From positions 18,173,910-18,237,909 of the forward strand of contig NC_134031.1 of the NCBI RefSeq assembly GCF_964204645.1: a stretch of 64,000 nt of DNA. Reading direction: 5' to 3'. Shown one piece after another: positions 1 to 11,701 of this stretch; position 1 is the first letter of the stretch, and the number at the start of each line of letters is the position of its first letter. Source of the stretch: Tubulanus polymorphus. Taxonomy: Eukaryota > Animalia > Nemertea. Below the pieces are notes generated by a model. The model worked only from the letters and a program-made list of their open reading frames with translations, was not told where the DNA came from and did not search any database. The position numbers were made by a program, and so were the translations under genes.

Positions 1-348
1 TGATTTATAACAAGCATTCATATCAAATGACCTTCAGTAAAAAGTGTCCTCCCTTAATCAAAGACCGGTAAAAACTATATATAGTTTATTATCACTGATA
101 AATGATTATCTTACGGAGAACTTTGAATTGTGAACCCCTGGGGAGACACAAGAGATAAGATAAAAAATGTGCAGGACGAGATCTAAAAATCTTTCCATAC
201 AACACTCTACAATATAATGAGCAGACCAGTGACCGACCCACTGAGCCTATTTATATCCAGTTAATAATACCTAGAGGGATTAAACTCTATACTTCAAATG
301 ATATATAAATGTTAATCCCGGATAATTGATATCAGTTACGCAACTCAC

Positions 349-733
349 CTAGACGTAGAAATAAAACAGTACTGAACATCGATAGCGCAACTGGAGCGAA
401 TACTCCGGGAATCGTCGATAGGTGGCGGTGTCCTCCACTCTCTCCGATACGGACCCATGTCGACAGTCGCCTGCGATCGCTGAGGTCCTCACCTCCGACC
501 CCAGCCCCAGCACCGGCAACGCCTGCATTGTTTATACTCAAATTACGTAATAAAGGCGTCCGATCGTCTATTTCGTCTGTACCTACACCGGGAGGAGGCA
601 TATCGATAGAGGTGGAATATCCATCATTCCCTTCTCTATCCTCCCCTCCTCCTGACGACATACTGCTCCCTAACTGACGAATAAAACTCCTCAATCTATG
701 AGATGAGGTATACCTGCGAGGAGACGAGTCCAT
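349..733 (-). CDS. SLC12A9: SLC12A9-like cation-chloride cotransporter, proximal first coding exon (1b); gene continues left of the window
   Basis: ATG at 733. Encodes a dileucine motif DRTPLL and TM1 LSTIPGVFAPVALSMFSTVLFLRLG, matching SLC12A9 TM1 (GVVVPTVLSMFSIVVFLRIG). Phase-1 donor G|GTGAGT at 348. Confidence 0.88.
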
Positions 734-883
734 CTTTACTGTCACTCACCACACCGCCGCCGGAACGTAAATAAACTACTGTCAAAACCGACCCCAGAAT
801 TTCACTTCCTCGTAGGTAATCCCTCTGTTGTTGTGATGACGTCATTTTGAATCGTATCATGTGACGGCGGAATTCCGGACAAA
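734..883. promoter_or_regulatory. Compact bidirectional promoter between SLC12A9 exon 1b and TTC36
   Basis: Only 150 bp separates the divergent ATGs. Palindromic CRE TGACGTCA at 837-844, ETS-like CCGGAA and CACTTCC, and YY1-like AAAATGGCGG overlapping the TTC36 ATG. Confidence 0.65.
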
Positions 884-2880
884 ATGGCGGACGAGATCAG
901 CGAACACGATTCGGCGATTTTAAACAAGATTTTCAATCCTAATCAACCGTTCGAGCCGAGTACAGCGCGCGTGAATACAGCAGCAGACGACCAGAGAGAA
1001 ATAGAAACTGAAACCACTCGTGAAGTGAAGCGGTAAGTGACGTCAGCGCTGTGAAATAGTAGGAAATACGCGGCGTCTCGTCGATCAATCAGCAGACACA
1101 GTGCGCGTTTAGCTGAGACAACAGCTGTGTGCATAAATACACCACAATACAGAGTGTAGCGAAACTAAAACCGGTTTCAATGTTCTATAGTCCACCACGA
1201 GTACATAATGAATACATGAATTATTTATGGATCAGATTAGATAAAGCAAACCGGGCTGGTTGTTTCAATGACTGGTCAGTGTTGAATGTGGTGATATAGG
1301 CCTACTGAAGTTGACAAACCAGACCGCTAATTCAAACCTACCACACACGACACAGTGTCGACTGTTTTTAAATCAAACCAGTCAAATTAGTCTAAAAATA
1401 AATTCTATATTTGATTAAACTTCCTTCTTGCGCTAAAATACTCAGTAACGATTACAGGGGAATCCCATTACATTGAACTTCAGGTGCAGACCAGGTTTTA
1501 AGCTCAGCAATTCCAGACCCAGTTCCATATTTTTGGATCCAGTTCAACAATTCAAAAACCCAAGTTCCACAGTTCTCGATCGAGTTCCTCAGTTCTCAGC
1601 TAAATTCAATTGTATAATTAATTGTATAGTTAAAATGTGTTCAGTTCCAACTTTAAAGAGTCAACTGTAGATCTAGTTCCTAGTTAAAGATGATATTAAT
1701 ACCAATGCATCGGAACAATCAGTTCAAATTCATAGAATTGTTTTTTACCCGGTAATAAATAATTCAGATAAATAGTTTTATATACGATGAAATGCTAGTT
1801 TTGTTTAATGTTGTATAATTCAGGTTAGAACTGGCCGGAGTGAAAGCTGCAGAATCGGGAGATTTCAAGAATTCTCTCGAGTTTTTCACCCGAGCTATAA
1901 ATCTCGAACCGGAGCGAGGGTCCGCTTATAACAACAGAGCACAAGCGCTTAGACTAAAAGGAGATGTGGAAGGTTCGTTTCCACATTCAGAAGAGTCAGT
2001 TCCACATTAAGGAGCTAGTCCAGGAGTTGACTCCATCCACAGTTGAAATTTTTTCAGCCTCAAATTCCAAAATTCTATTTCAAGGGTATAAAAACCCTCA
2101 AATTCTGAGTTTTAGCCCGTGACCCCTTAGAAAATATGCTTCAATCTCAATAAACTCTCAGAAAGTGAAGCTGATTTGTTATTCTTTGAGATAATGTGAG
2201 AATTTCTGGAGATGAAGTCGTTTTATGTCATGTTTTTTTTTTCAGGTGCTCTACAAGATCTGAATAAATCAATAGAACTGACAAGTGGTAAAGGACAAGT
2301 TGCCTGTTTAGCATTTACACAACGGGGTCTAATTAGAAAACTGAAAGGTTTGTTGAACTGTCCACAGAAACGCAAATACTCGATACAAAACTGAAATTGA
2401 CTTCGACTGATTTCAAATTTCATAACGCAGCTGGACTTGGTCTAGTCATCATTTGATAAGTCATCGCATTAGATTTTTTGGTCCAAATTTGTATTTCCAA
2501 GTCAATTCAATTAGTTTAAGTCATCATTTGGATAAGACATCATGTCATCCCTAATTTTGAGTGCCAATTTGTATTTCTAATTCAATTTCCTAAGCGTAAG
2601 TCGTTATTCGGAAAATTCGACATATGATCAACCCAACTACTACCGTAGCATCATCATAAGTAAAAGATGGACCCACAGCTACAAATAGCTTCGAACTGGT
2701 TTTGGTTTTTTTATTGCAGAAGATGTTGAAGGAGCTACAAATGATTTTCAGAAAGCCGCGAATCTCGGATGTCCGTTCGCTAAACAACAAGTCGTTGAAA
2801 TGAATCCATACTCGGCGATGTGTAACAAAATGTTAAACGAGGTTATGGTTAAATTACGCGAAGGAAATCCTGTCGAATGA
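884..2880 (+). CDS. TTC36: Tetratricopeptide repeat protein 36, 4 exons, 186 aa: join(884..1032,1824..1972,2246..2347,2720..2880)
   Basis: Spliced translation [23 protein letters not shown]...[13 protein letters not shown]...[30 protein letters not shown]...[12 protein letters not shown]...[35 protein letters not shown] matches TTC36 throughout. All introns GT-AG; 561 nt in frame; AATAAA near 3289. Confidence 0.95.
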
Positions 2881-4086
2881 GTGACATCGTTATCACCATC
2901 GCAAACATTCCAATCTAACGCAGTATTAGAGCTTGCAACATTTCACGTTTGATATATCTGAACTGTTCTACAATTGTTGGCTGAATATTTGACTTGAAGA
3001 GTTATAATTCATTTAGTTGATACTCAATAGAGTCAAATTTCAACGAACATCTGTGGAACTATGGAACTTGATTCAGGATCCGGTTCCTCAGTTTGGCTGT
3101 AGAACTGTAGAACTGAGCTGGCAGTATATATTGAGCTGTTTGAAATGAAGTGTGTGGATTTTTCCTTGTTATTATTGAGTGAATGAGTGAAATTCTTTTT
3201 TTTTGTAAATTGATCTCATTTTTTGGAGATATTTCTTCAGATTTAGTCACATTATTATTACATTGTTTATTGGTTAAAGGCGAATGTTAATAAATCCTTT
3301 ACATAAATATTAATCATATTTCAAGTATTATATTATTTTGGTCTGAGGTCGTCAACTGGAAGAGGAATTACTGGAATGGGTAAAAAAAACTTCAGTACCA
3401 GGAAAATAGACCTAATACCGAAAGCAGCGTGTAGATGGCAGCACGAGATGGCCACCGATGATTATATCGATATTGATAATTTGAACGCAGCACCTGCTGC
3501 CTAAAAGAGAAGGTGGTAACAGCCGTCAGTAGACAATCCTTTATTGATCTGATCATTACATTCTATACAGAAAGTAAATTCTACAGATCTTTGTAAAATG
3601 ACACTAAAAGTTATTGTTGTCAAACTATCGTGTAACAGACTGTAACAGAGAAACGCAGTGATCATTTCATAAAACCAAATTGTTGAAAAACCGTTCAAAA
3701 CTTCAGGTATTCGGACACGACCCCCCGGCCCCCACATCCCTGAAGAGATCGAAATCAATTCACACAAGTCGCATATAAAAAATTTTGAATTTTGAACAAA
3801 TCTCTGAAGACTGAGAGAAGAAATCTTTTGTAAACAAACAAGTCAAATCTTCATAGTTTGGGATTTTTATACGCTGGAAAAGATGATTCGAATATTTTAA
3901 ATATTTTCCGTAAATTTTCAGGGATGTTTAGTTTTGGAAACAAGTTACAGTTCGACGGGTTATAACTGTAGACAGAGCCGATATTTCCAGACTAATTAAA
4001 ATTGTAGATCAATGACCCAGACAAACAGGGGAAGAAGCCTACATTCACTGAAACACAAATAACATATGTGTGATCTACAAGCTGCA

Positions 4087-5180
4087 ATGATTGCTCTCTG
4101 CAGGTATGATCTACGAGCAATCATCTCAGAGTTCAGATGATTGCTCTCTGTAGGTATGATCTACGAGCAATCATCTCAAAGAGTTCAGATGATTGCTCTC
4201 TGTAGGTATTATCTACGAGCAATCATCTCAAAGAGTTCAGATGATTGCTCTCTGTAGGTATGATCTACGAGCAATCATCTCAGAGTTCAGATGATTGCTC
4301 TCTGTAGGTATTATCTACGAGCAATCATCTCAAAGAGTTCAGATGATTGCTCTCTGAAGGTATGATCTACGAGCAATCATCTCAAAGAGTTCAGATGATT
4401 GCTCTCTGTAGGTATGATCTACGAGCAATCATCTCAAAGAGTTCAGATGATTGCTCTCTGTAGGTATTATCTACGAGCAATCATCTCAAAGAGTTCAGAT
4501 GATTGCTCTCTGTAGGTATTATCTACGAGCAATCATCTCAAAGAGTTCAGATGATTGCTCTCTGTAGGTATGATCTACGAGCAATCATCTCAAAGAGTTC
4601 AGATGATTGCTCTCTGTAGGTATTATCTACGAGCAATCATCTCAGAGTTCAGATGATTGCTCTCTGTAGGTATGATCTACGAGCAATCATCTCAAAGAGT
4701 TCAGATGATTGCTCTCTGAAGGTATGATCTACGAGCAATCATCTCAAAGAGTTCAGATGATTGCTCTCTGTAGGTATGATCTACGAGCAATCATCTCAAA
4801 GAGTTCAGATGATTGCTCTCTGTAGGTATTATCTACGAGCAATCATCTCAAAGAGTTCAGATGATTGCTCTCTGTAGGTATGATCTACGAGCAATCATCT
4901 CAAAGAGTTCAGATGATTGCTCTCTGTAGGTATGATCTACGAGCAATCATCTCAAAGAGTTCAGATGATTGCTCTCTGTAGGTATTATCTACGAGCAATC
5001 ATCTCAGAGTTCAGATGATTGCTCTCTGTAGGTATGATCTACGAGCAATCATCTCAAAGAGTTCAGATGATTGCTCTCTGAAGGTATGATCTACGAGCAA
5101 TCATCTCAAAGAGTTCAGATGATTGCTCTCTGTAGGTATGATCTACGAGCAATCATCTCAAAGAGTTCAGATGATTGCTC
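4087..5180. repeat. Tandem satellite, 50/52-bp self-complementary unit, ~21 copies
   Basis: Unit GAGCAATCATCT-C(AA)AGAGTTC-AGATGATTGCTC-TCTGTAGGTATGATCTAC, near-identical copies. Confidence 0.95.
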
Positions 5181-5204
5181 GTAATTAGGTATGATCTATA
5201 TATT

Positions 5205-5460
5205 GAGGTGACTGACCGAGTGACTGTCCGACCAAAGCGGACCAGAGTGACTGACCAGACGAGATATGAGCGACCAATCCGAGTGATTGACCAAATCGAC
5301 CACGAGTAACCGTCCGGACTAACAAGAGTAACGAACCGGACCAGACTGACCCGAGTGACTGACTGACCAAACAGGATTTGAGCGACCGACCGAACACGAG
5401 TGGCCGGTCAGACACAAGCGACCGACCGAACTGATGCGGACCTGAGTCGGTTGTTCGGTG
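5205..5460. repeat. Degenerate GACC(G/A)-based low-complexity repeat
   Basis: Recurring GACCGA/GTGACTGACC motifs. Confidence 0.6.
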
Positions 5461-5929
5461 GTTTATGTAGCTATAAAACGTTTCATACGATGATAACACA
5501 GAAATCATTGAATAGAACAGTAACAGGTGTTTCATATAAAAACGATTCACGATAACATTGTTATAAAAATGTGCAGCACGTTTTAGGATGAAGATCGTCT
5601 GAAATCCTCTGTATTATGTGATGAGTGAAATTTTACCTACAACATATTGAATTATCGCCTGAAGTTGAAGTAAGCCTATGGCCTGACCAGGTCCCAGTCC
5701 CCCAGTCCATGAAACATGTCCATAGATAAAAAGATTTCTATCACTATTTTCACTCTCCTCTCCCTGGGCCTGGGTCCCTCTCCTCTCCCTGGACACCTTC
5801 CCAACTCTCAGGGTTATAGTCGTTTTTAGACTCGGGTTGGCAAATTATTATATATTATACAAGATTTTGTTAGGAAATAACTGTTAATTATTCTTTATTG
5901 ATGAAATTAACATAACATAACATTAGGCC

Positions 5930-6200
5930 TACCCTCCTCCCTGGAACCCTCTCTTCTCCGGCCTGAAACCCTCTCCCTGGAACCATCCCTCCTTTAGCAA
6001 CCCTCACTCCCTCCGCTTCGTACCCCCTCTCCCTCTCCCTGGAACCATCTCTCCCTCTGCCTGGAACCCTCTCTTCTGCGGCCTGAAACCCTCTCCCTGG
6101 AACCATCCCTCCCTTAGCCTGGAACCCTCACTCCCTCCGCTTCGCACCCCCTCTCCCTGGAACCATCTCTCCCTCTGCCTGGAATCCTTCTCCTTCTCTC
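5930..6200. repeat. Pyrimidine-rich degenerate tandem repeat (CCTGGAACC core)
   Basis: Repeated CCCTGGAACC(C/A)TC blocks; explains the spurious ORFs at 5888-6222. Confidence 0.7.
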
Positions 6201-6336
6201 CCTGCCAGTTCAGATGATACAAATTAAAAGTGATTTTTGCGTCTGCCGTTGATTCAGAATGAGATCATCAGACATCGATCGTCACCCCCGGCGACGAGCA
6301 GACGCGCCGAAACAACAATATGCGCCGTTTTTTCTC

Positions 6337-6350
6337 GTTGCCACGGTAAC
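6337..6350. promoter_or_regulatory. RFX X-box motif
   Basis: GTTGCCACGGTAAC fits the X-box consensus GTNRCC-N0-3-RGYAAC and lies in a CpG-rich patch. Confidence 0.4.
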
Positions 6351-7052
6351 GCTCTACCAGCAGACAGACGAGACACGTAACACGGTAACTTAGCCCGAGG
6401 AGCCGTGATTGACAGAACGAGAGTAAGTCACGATATCATCAGAGACCAGTGTATGAGAGGGAGAGAGGGGGAAGAGAGAGAGGAGAGAGAGGGGGAAGAG
6501 TATGTCTCATTGTTTCTGGCAGTAAAATGATGAATACAGTTGGTGACTGTTTATGCTGTTTATAATTGAGCTATTAATTTGATGAGGTCATCATTATACC
6601 TGGTAATAGTAACTACTGTCTGAGTATATCCACACACTACAACCGACTGCTGCCCGGATTATTTATAGCCATGCAGGTCGTGATAAACCTGAACCTTATA
6701 AACTACAGATCCTCAGGGCAAACAAAATGCGAAACCAGTTTCTGGTTTAACTAAAATATTTGGTTAAGATGCTTTTTTCCTGTAATTATTCAAGATTACA
6801 ACATGAAGGACAAAGTCACAGGCGCAGTTTTTCCATGTATGATGTTTGACGAAAAAGAGGACTGAATTGAGATTGATTCAAGCCTCAGATTTCAGCCCAA
6901 GATTCAAATTTCGGACTCTGGGTTGTCTGGTCTCTTGGAGATGTCTGGGTTCTCTCAATTCTCTGGGTTGCCTCAATTCTCTGGCTCCGTTCTGCCTCAA
7001 TTCAATCTAGTTTTCTCGTCAAATATAAATATATTATATAAACAATACATAC

Positions 7053-7407
7053 CGACTCGTTGAAATACGTTAGTACTGAGTTGACCTAACGCTACCGGAC
7101 CGAACACGCCCCCTAGTGTCTTTAACGTGCGTTTCGCCGTATCGCTGTACGACTTCCCGGCGTTCTCCACGTAACTCAATCCGGTCAGATCGTGGTAATA
7201 TTTGCCTCCGTCCGACAGTTCATCCGAGCCGTTCGGTCGTCGACGGTGATGTAATCCGCCATTGTTACTACCGTTACTACGGCGATTGCTACCGTTAAGG
7301 ATGGGTTTTTTCTCGTCCGTTTCGATCCCGGGCGAGGTTGACGTGTTATTCGAGTTTGTATCGCTTGGTTCCTGCTTAGCCCGGATTTCTATTCCATCCA
7401 GCTCCAT
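7053..7407 (-). CDS. SLC12A9: SLC12A9-like distal alternative first coding exon (1a), or first exon of a paralog
   Basis: ATG at 7407. Ends in the TM1-homologous LKTLGGVFGPVALGQLSTNVFQRVG with a phase-1 donor G|GTATGT at 7052, the same codon position as the 349..733 exon. Confidence 0.75.
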
Positions 7408-7676
7408 TTAAACGTCGTATGAATTTCGAATCCGTGTTTTTGTTATGAATGAATGTCAGATCTTTATTTGGAAGACGGCACCGGCAGCAGCAGCAGCAGC
7501 AGTCGTAGCATCACGAGCGGAGCGCAGTTGATTCAACTACCGAGATTCAATACCTCACACGGTTTACATCCTAGAAATATCACAGACAAAAAACATCGTT
7601 CATATACATACAACGATAATCTATGAGACACAAGACCTACATTGACTTTGGATTAAAATGTTTGTATTCAATTCTG

Positions 7677-7929
7677 AATACAACCAGACAAGACCCAGAT
7701 TCACTTAGCCTACAACCAGACAAGACCTAGATTGACTTTGGATTTAAATGTTTGTATTCAATTCTGAATACAACCAGACCCAGATTCACTTTGCCTACAA
7801 CCAGAAAAGACCCAGATTCACTTTGCCCACAACCAGACAAGACCCAGATTCACTTTGCCTACAACCAGACAAGACCCAGATTCACTTTGACCACAACCAG
7901 ACAAAACTCAGATTCACTTTTCCTACAAT
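7677..7929. repeat. 32-bp minisatellite, left block
   Basis: Unit CCCAGATTCACTTTGCCTACAACCAGACAAGA. Confidence 0.85.
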
Positions 7930-7932
7930 AAT

Positions 7933-8335
7933 GGGCCATGCATAAAGTATGTACGCTTGACTTCCAGGTATTTTTTACCCCCCTCCTCCCATGAACGCTT
8001 CTGTAGGTTAATTTATGACCCTATCCTTGCATACATAACTCTTTGATTGACCCCCCTCCCGGTAAAATGGAATTTTTCAGGATCCATGGTTTAAAAAAGG
8101 CAAAATTCACCAGCATTCATCAGAGCTCCGACGACACAATGTATTGATATTGTGAAAGAACGAGAGTGGGGAATTCCCAGGAAATACCAACAAATATAGG
8201 CGATATTTGTAAAAATTCACATTGTGTTTCGTGCACAAAGTACGTACTATAAACATTAACCCTCTCCCTTAGAATAGTGTGTACGCTTTGAGCTTACCCC
8301 TCCCCTCCCCCTGTACGTTTCTGTATGGATTTCTA
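7933..8335. mobile_element. Probable MITE-like insertion splitting the 32-bp array
   Basis: Starts GGGCCATGCATAAAGTATGTACGC and ends in degenerate GTACG...TATGGAT, with subterminal GTACGC/CCCCTCCCC repeats. The same minisatellite lies on both sides. Confidence 0.45.
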
Positions 8336-8348
8336 AAAGACCAGGCCT

Positions 8349-8740
8349 AGATTCACTTTGCCTACAACCAGACAAGACCCAGATTCACTTTGCCCACAAC
8401 CAGACAAGACCCAGATTCACTTTGCCTACAACCAAACAAGACCCAGATTCACTTTGCCTACAACCAGACAAGACCCAGATTCACTTTGCCCACAACCAGA
8501 CAAGACCCAGATTCACTTTGCCTACAACCAAACAAGACCCAGATTCACTTTGCCTACAACCAGACAAGACCCAGATTCACTTTGCCTACAACCAGACAAG
8601 ACCCAGATTCACTCTGCCTACAACCAGACAAGACCCAGATTCACTTTGCCTACAACCAGACAAGACCCAGATTCACTCTGCCTATAACCAGACAAGACCC
8701 AGATTCACTTTGCCTACAACCAGACAAGACCCAGATTCAT
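8349..8740. repeat. 32-bp minisatellite, right block, ~12 copies
   Basis: Same unit as 7677-7929; explains the repetitive ORFs at 8358-8796. Confidence 0.95.
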
Positions 8741-9466
8741 TTAGAATCAACATTGAAAATCTTTACAACACATTAAATTTTAAAATAGCCAGATAAAATA
8801 TTCAAAACATTTTCGAGGTAAACAATTGTGTTTGAGTTTCAAGATGACGAATAATCTGCCTGGACCTAGTTTTTTAAGGTTGAAATCAATAGCTCCAGAA
8901 TCAACTCAAAACTACAATCGAAACAGCAGTCAGTATTGAAAATAAAAAGTTTTGAAAAAAAATATTAGGAATAATTACAGCGGCCCGGATTTGATCTCCT
9001 AATCATTTACCAAAGTGCCCCTTGTCACGGTGAAAATGTGCCCTTTTTTTCTTGAAATAGAACTGCCCCCTCAAAAAAGCTTGCCACTGGCCTGTTACAC
9101 GGAACAACTGAATGTTGAGTTGTAATCGAAGAATTCTCGATGCTTCACAGCTGTTTAAGTTAATTTATTCATCAAAAACATCAGAATGTTATAAATTCAG
9201 TACGGGAGAATACGTTGAATGTTTACCCTTCAGAGCAGCTGCAAGATACACTACCTCCTCCATACGTAATACATATTCTACTGTTCTCAGAGTCATACAG
9301 TATAGTAGTATACAACCACAACATACTGTTTACACCTTACATAAACTCATTCTTAATCAAACAGGTCAATTTGACAAGTCAATTAAACAGGTCAATTAGA
9401 CGGGTTAACTTTAATAAATACAGTTCAATTTCAAAATTGAAGATGTCACCTTCAAATTGAAATTTT

Positions 9467-9605
9467 GATTAGTTACTTATGACGACCTTCTCATTCTCGA
9501 TGACTTTGATGATTCAGTAAAAGTATGATTAGTTACTAATGGCGACCTTCTCATTTTCAATGACTTCGACGATTCAGTAAAATAATGATTAGTTACTAAT
9601 GACGT
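9467..9605. repeat. 60-bp tandem duplication (~2.3 copies)
   Basis: TGATTAGTTACT(T/A)ATG(A/G)CG recurs at 60-bp spacing. Confidence 0.8.
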
Positions 9606-10816
9606 CCTGAAAATGGCCTTAATGAATAAGAATTCCGTAAAACCCGAGACTCAACCTCAAAATCAATCAACATTCAATATAGGCCTACATAAAACTATCA
9701 GCATAGAAAACATCTGTCTGTCTTCCATACCGGTCCCTCCCACTGTTGTGTGTTTAATTTTACATCTAGAATCAAATCAATAGTTTAGCAACCTTTAAAA
9801 TGGAAGTAACTGATATTCATTCCCCTGAGAGTGAGAGGGGGTTTAAAGTCCTGAAGCCAGGAATAATCAACAGTATGTAATCCTACAGTCAGTAATTGAT
9901 AAAACATCTGTTACTGAACGATTTATAATATACTACAATCGATTTAACACTTAATTCCACAATCATCTTGTATTACAAACATTATATAAACACCATACAT
10001 AATCTAATTCAGGTTAACATGGACCCTGCGCCCTGGGGCCTGCAGTGGGCATCTGAAAAACTATAGCATTAAACACACATGGATATGAGTTTATATTCAT
10101 GCATCAAATAAAGCCTATTCTACCATTAGCCTGAAACAAATTACATAGGCCTATACTCCTTACTTAAGTTCATTTAAAGTGCACTATTTCTTGTTTAAAC
10201 AGTTATTTTATACTTTATTCTTTACATTTTATGCTTAACGTCAGAAGGACAATAACATTTCACTAGTCACATAGACAGAGCATTTGTAGAGACCCGTAGA
10301 TTATCCTTTCATCATTTTAAGACCCTAAACAGAGGGGCTTATATCAGTAGAGAAAACATGAAATTTTATGAATGCATTTTATTGGTATTAGTTAGGACTA
10401 ATATCTAATAATCGAATTGTATATATGTATATTCGCACAGGCCTATAGTGTAACTTACAGCTGACCCAACTGAGACTTTTATCACTGACATACCATTTAA
10501 ATACAAAATTAGCCTACATGAATACAAATGTGATGAAAACTTCATTTTAAATCGTTTTACCTTTTGTCACAGAATTAAGATCCACTGAGATCGTGTGGTA
10601 TATACAGGTATACTACTGAAGAGCGTATGCATGTGAATCATTGACAACTGTCATCAGTGTGTAGTTCACCATACAGCCGCACGAGAGCGCCACCGATCAG
10701 CTTTCAAATCAATCTAGTTTATTGTTGAAGAGTGACGAGTCATTCTACATTAGAAGAATAATAATCAGTATTTGTGAGAATTATTGACTGTGGGTTCAGT
10801 CCGGGAATTATTCGCT

Positions 10817-11701
10817 ATGTCTGGAAGAGTGGTGAGTATTACTGGAAATCATCGACGGGTCGCGAAATTTCAACAAATCGAAAACATTTCTGATACTCTG
10901 TTTTGGAAAGGACCCGGGGTGGGGAGGGTGTTTAATACGCCCCGGGGCTGGGCTAAGAACCACTGATTCTGGTTTGAGACGTTTTAAACTCTGATCTGAA
11001 TCGGTTTACATTTATTTACTGCTTTAAATCGGTCGAAATTCCGAGATAAAAATAATTTTTACCATCGCTCGGCTCCACCGGCATCCATTCGCGCGATTCA
11101 GAATGGCTGATAGTCACCGGATTTCCCTGGCGCTCGATGACGCAATTTAGAAACAACCAATCAAAAAGCTGCTACTGCCATTACGCAATAGACTAAGCCG
11201 TGTTCCGATTGGCTGTTTCGTTAGATTACGTCGTTGTTGGAGACGCGCGAAAGTCATTCGATTCGAATCCCAAATATATTCTGAAAAACGCGAAATAATA
11301 TTTCAACCATTTTATCTAATTTTCAGAGTAAAAGTAAGAAACAACAAATAAAACTATCGGACGATGACTTAATCACGTTATCGGTTAAAGATCTGAACGG
11401 GTTGTTGAGCGGTTTGCCGGCAAATGAGGTGCGAAAACTGAAACATAGGCGACGCACGTTGAAGAATCGCGGCTACGCGGCACATTGCCGGGAGAAACGG
11501 GTCGTTCAGAAAGAAGAGTTAGCGACGGAAAAAGAGACACTGGCGCAGGAAAACGATCGTCTTCAACGCGAGAACAATGACATGAAAGACAAACTGAAGA
11601 ATTTAAAAAGAACGTACGAACAATTGTCGAAGTTTAAAAATTCTCAAGTGAAAAACGTTAGAAAAGTGAAAAAGAAAATAAAAACCGAACCAACGGATTG
11701 A
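10817..11701 (+). CDS. MAFK: Small Maf bZIP transcription factor (MafF/G/K-like), join(10817..10831,11327..11701), 129 aa
   Basis: Extended homology region [15 protein letters not shown], basic region [21 protein letters not shown] and a leucine zipper, with no transactivation domain. Acceptor TTTCAG at 11326. Upstream micro-exon ATG TCT GGA AGA GTG|GTGAGT is in phase 0 (less certain). AATAAA near 11863. The symbol denotes the family, not one-to-one orthology. Confidence 0.88.

Noticed and set aside
8358-8796. Repetitive ORFs in all three frames (also 27386-27927, 42437-42820, 44575-44906, 51442-51770, 62451-62693)
   Set aside because: They are by-products of stop-free minisatellite units, with no splice or homology support.
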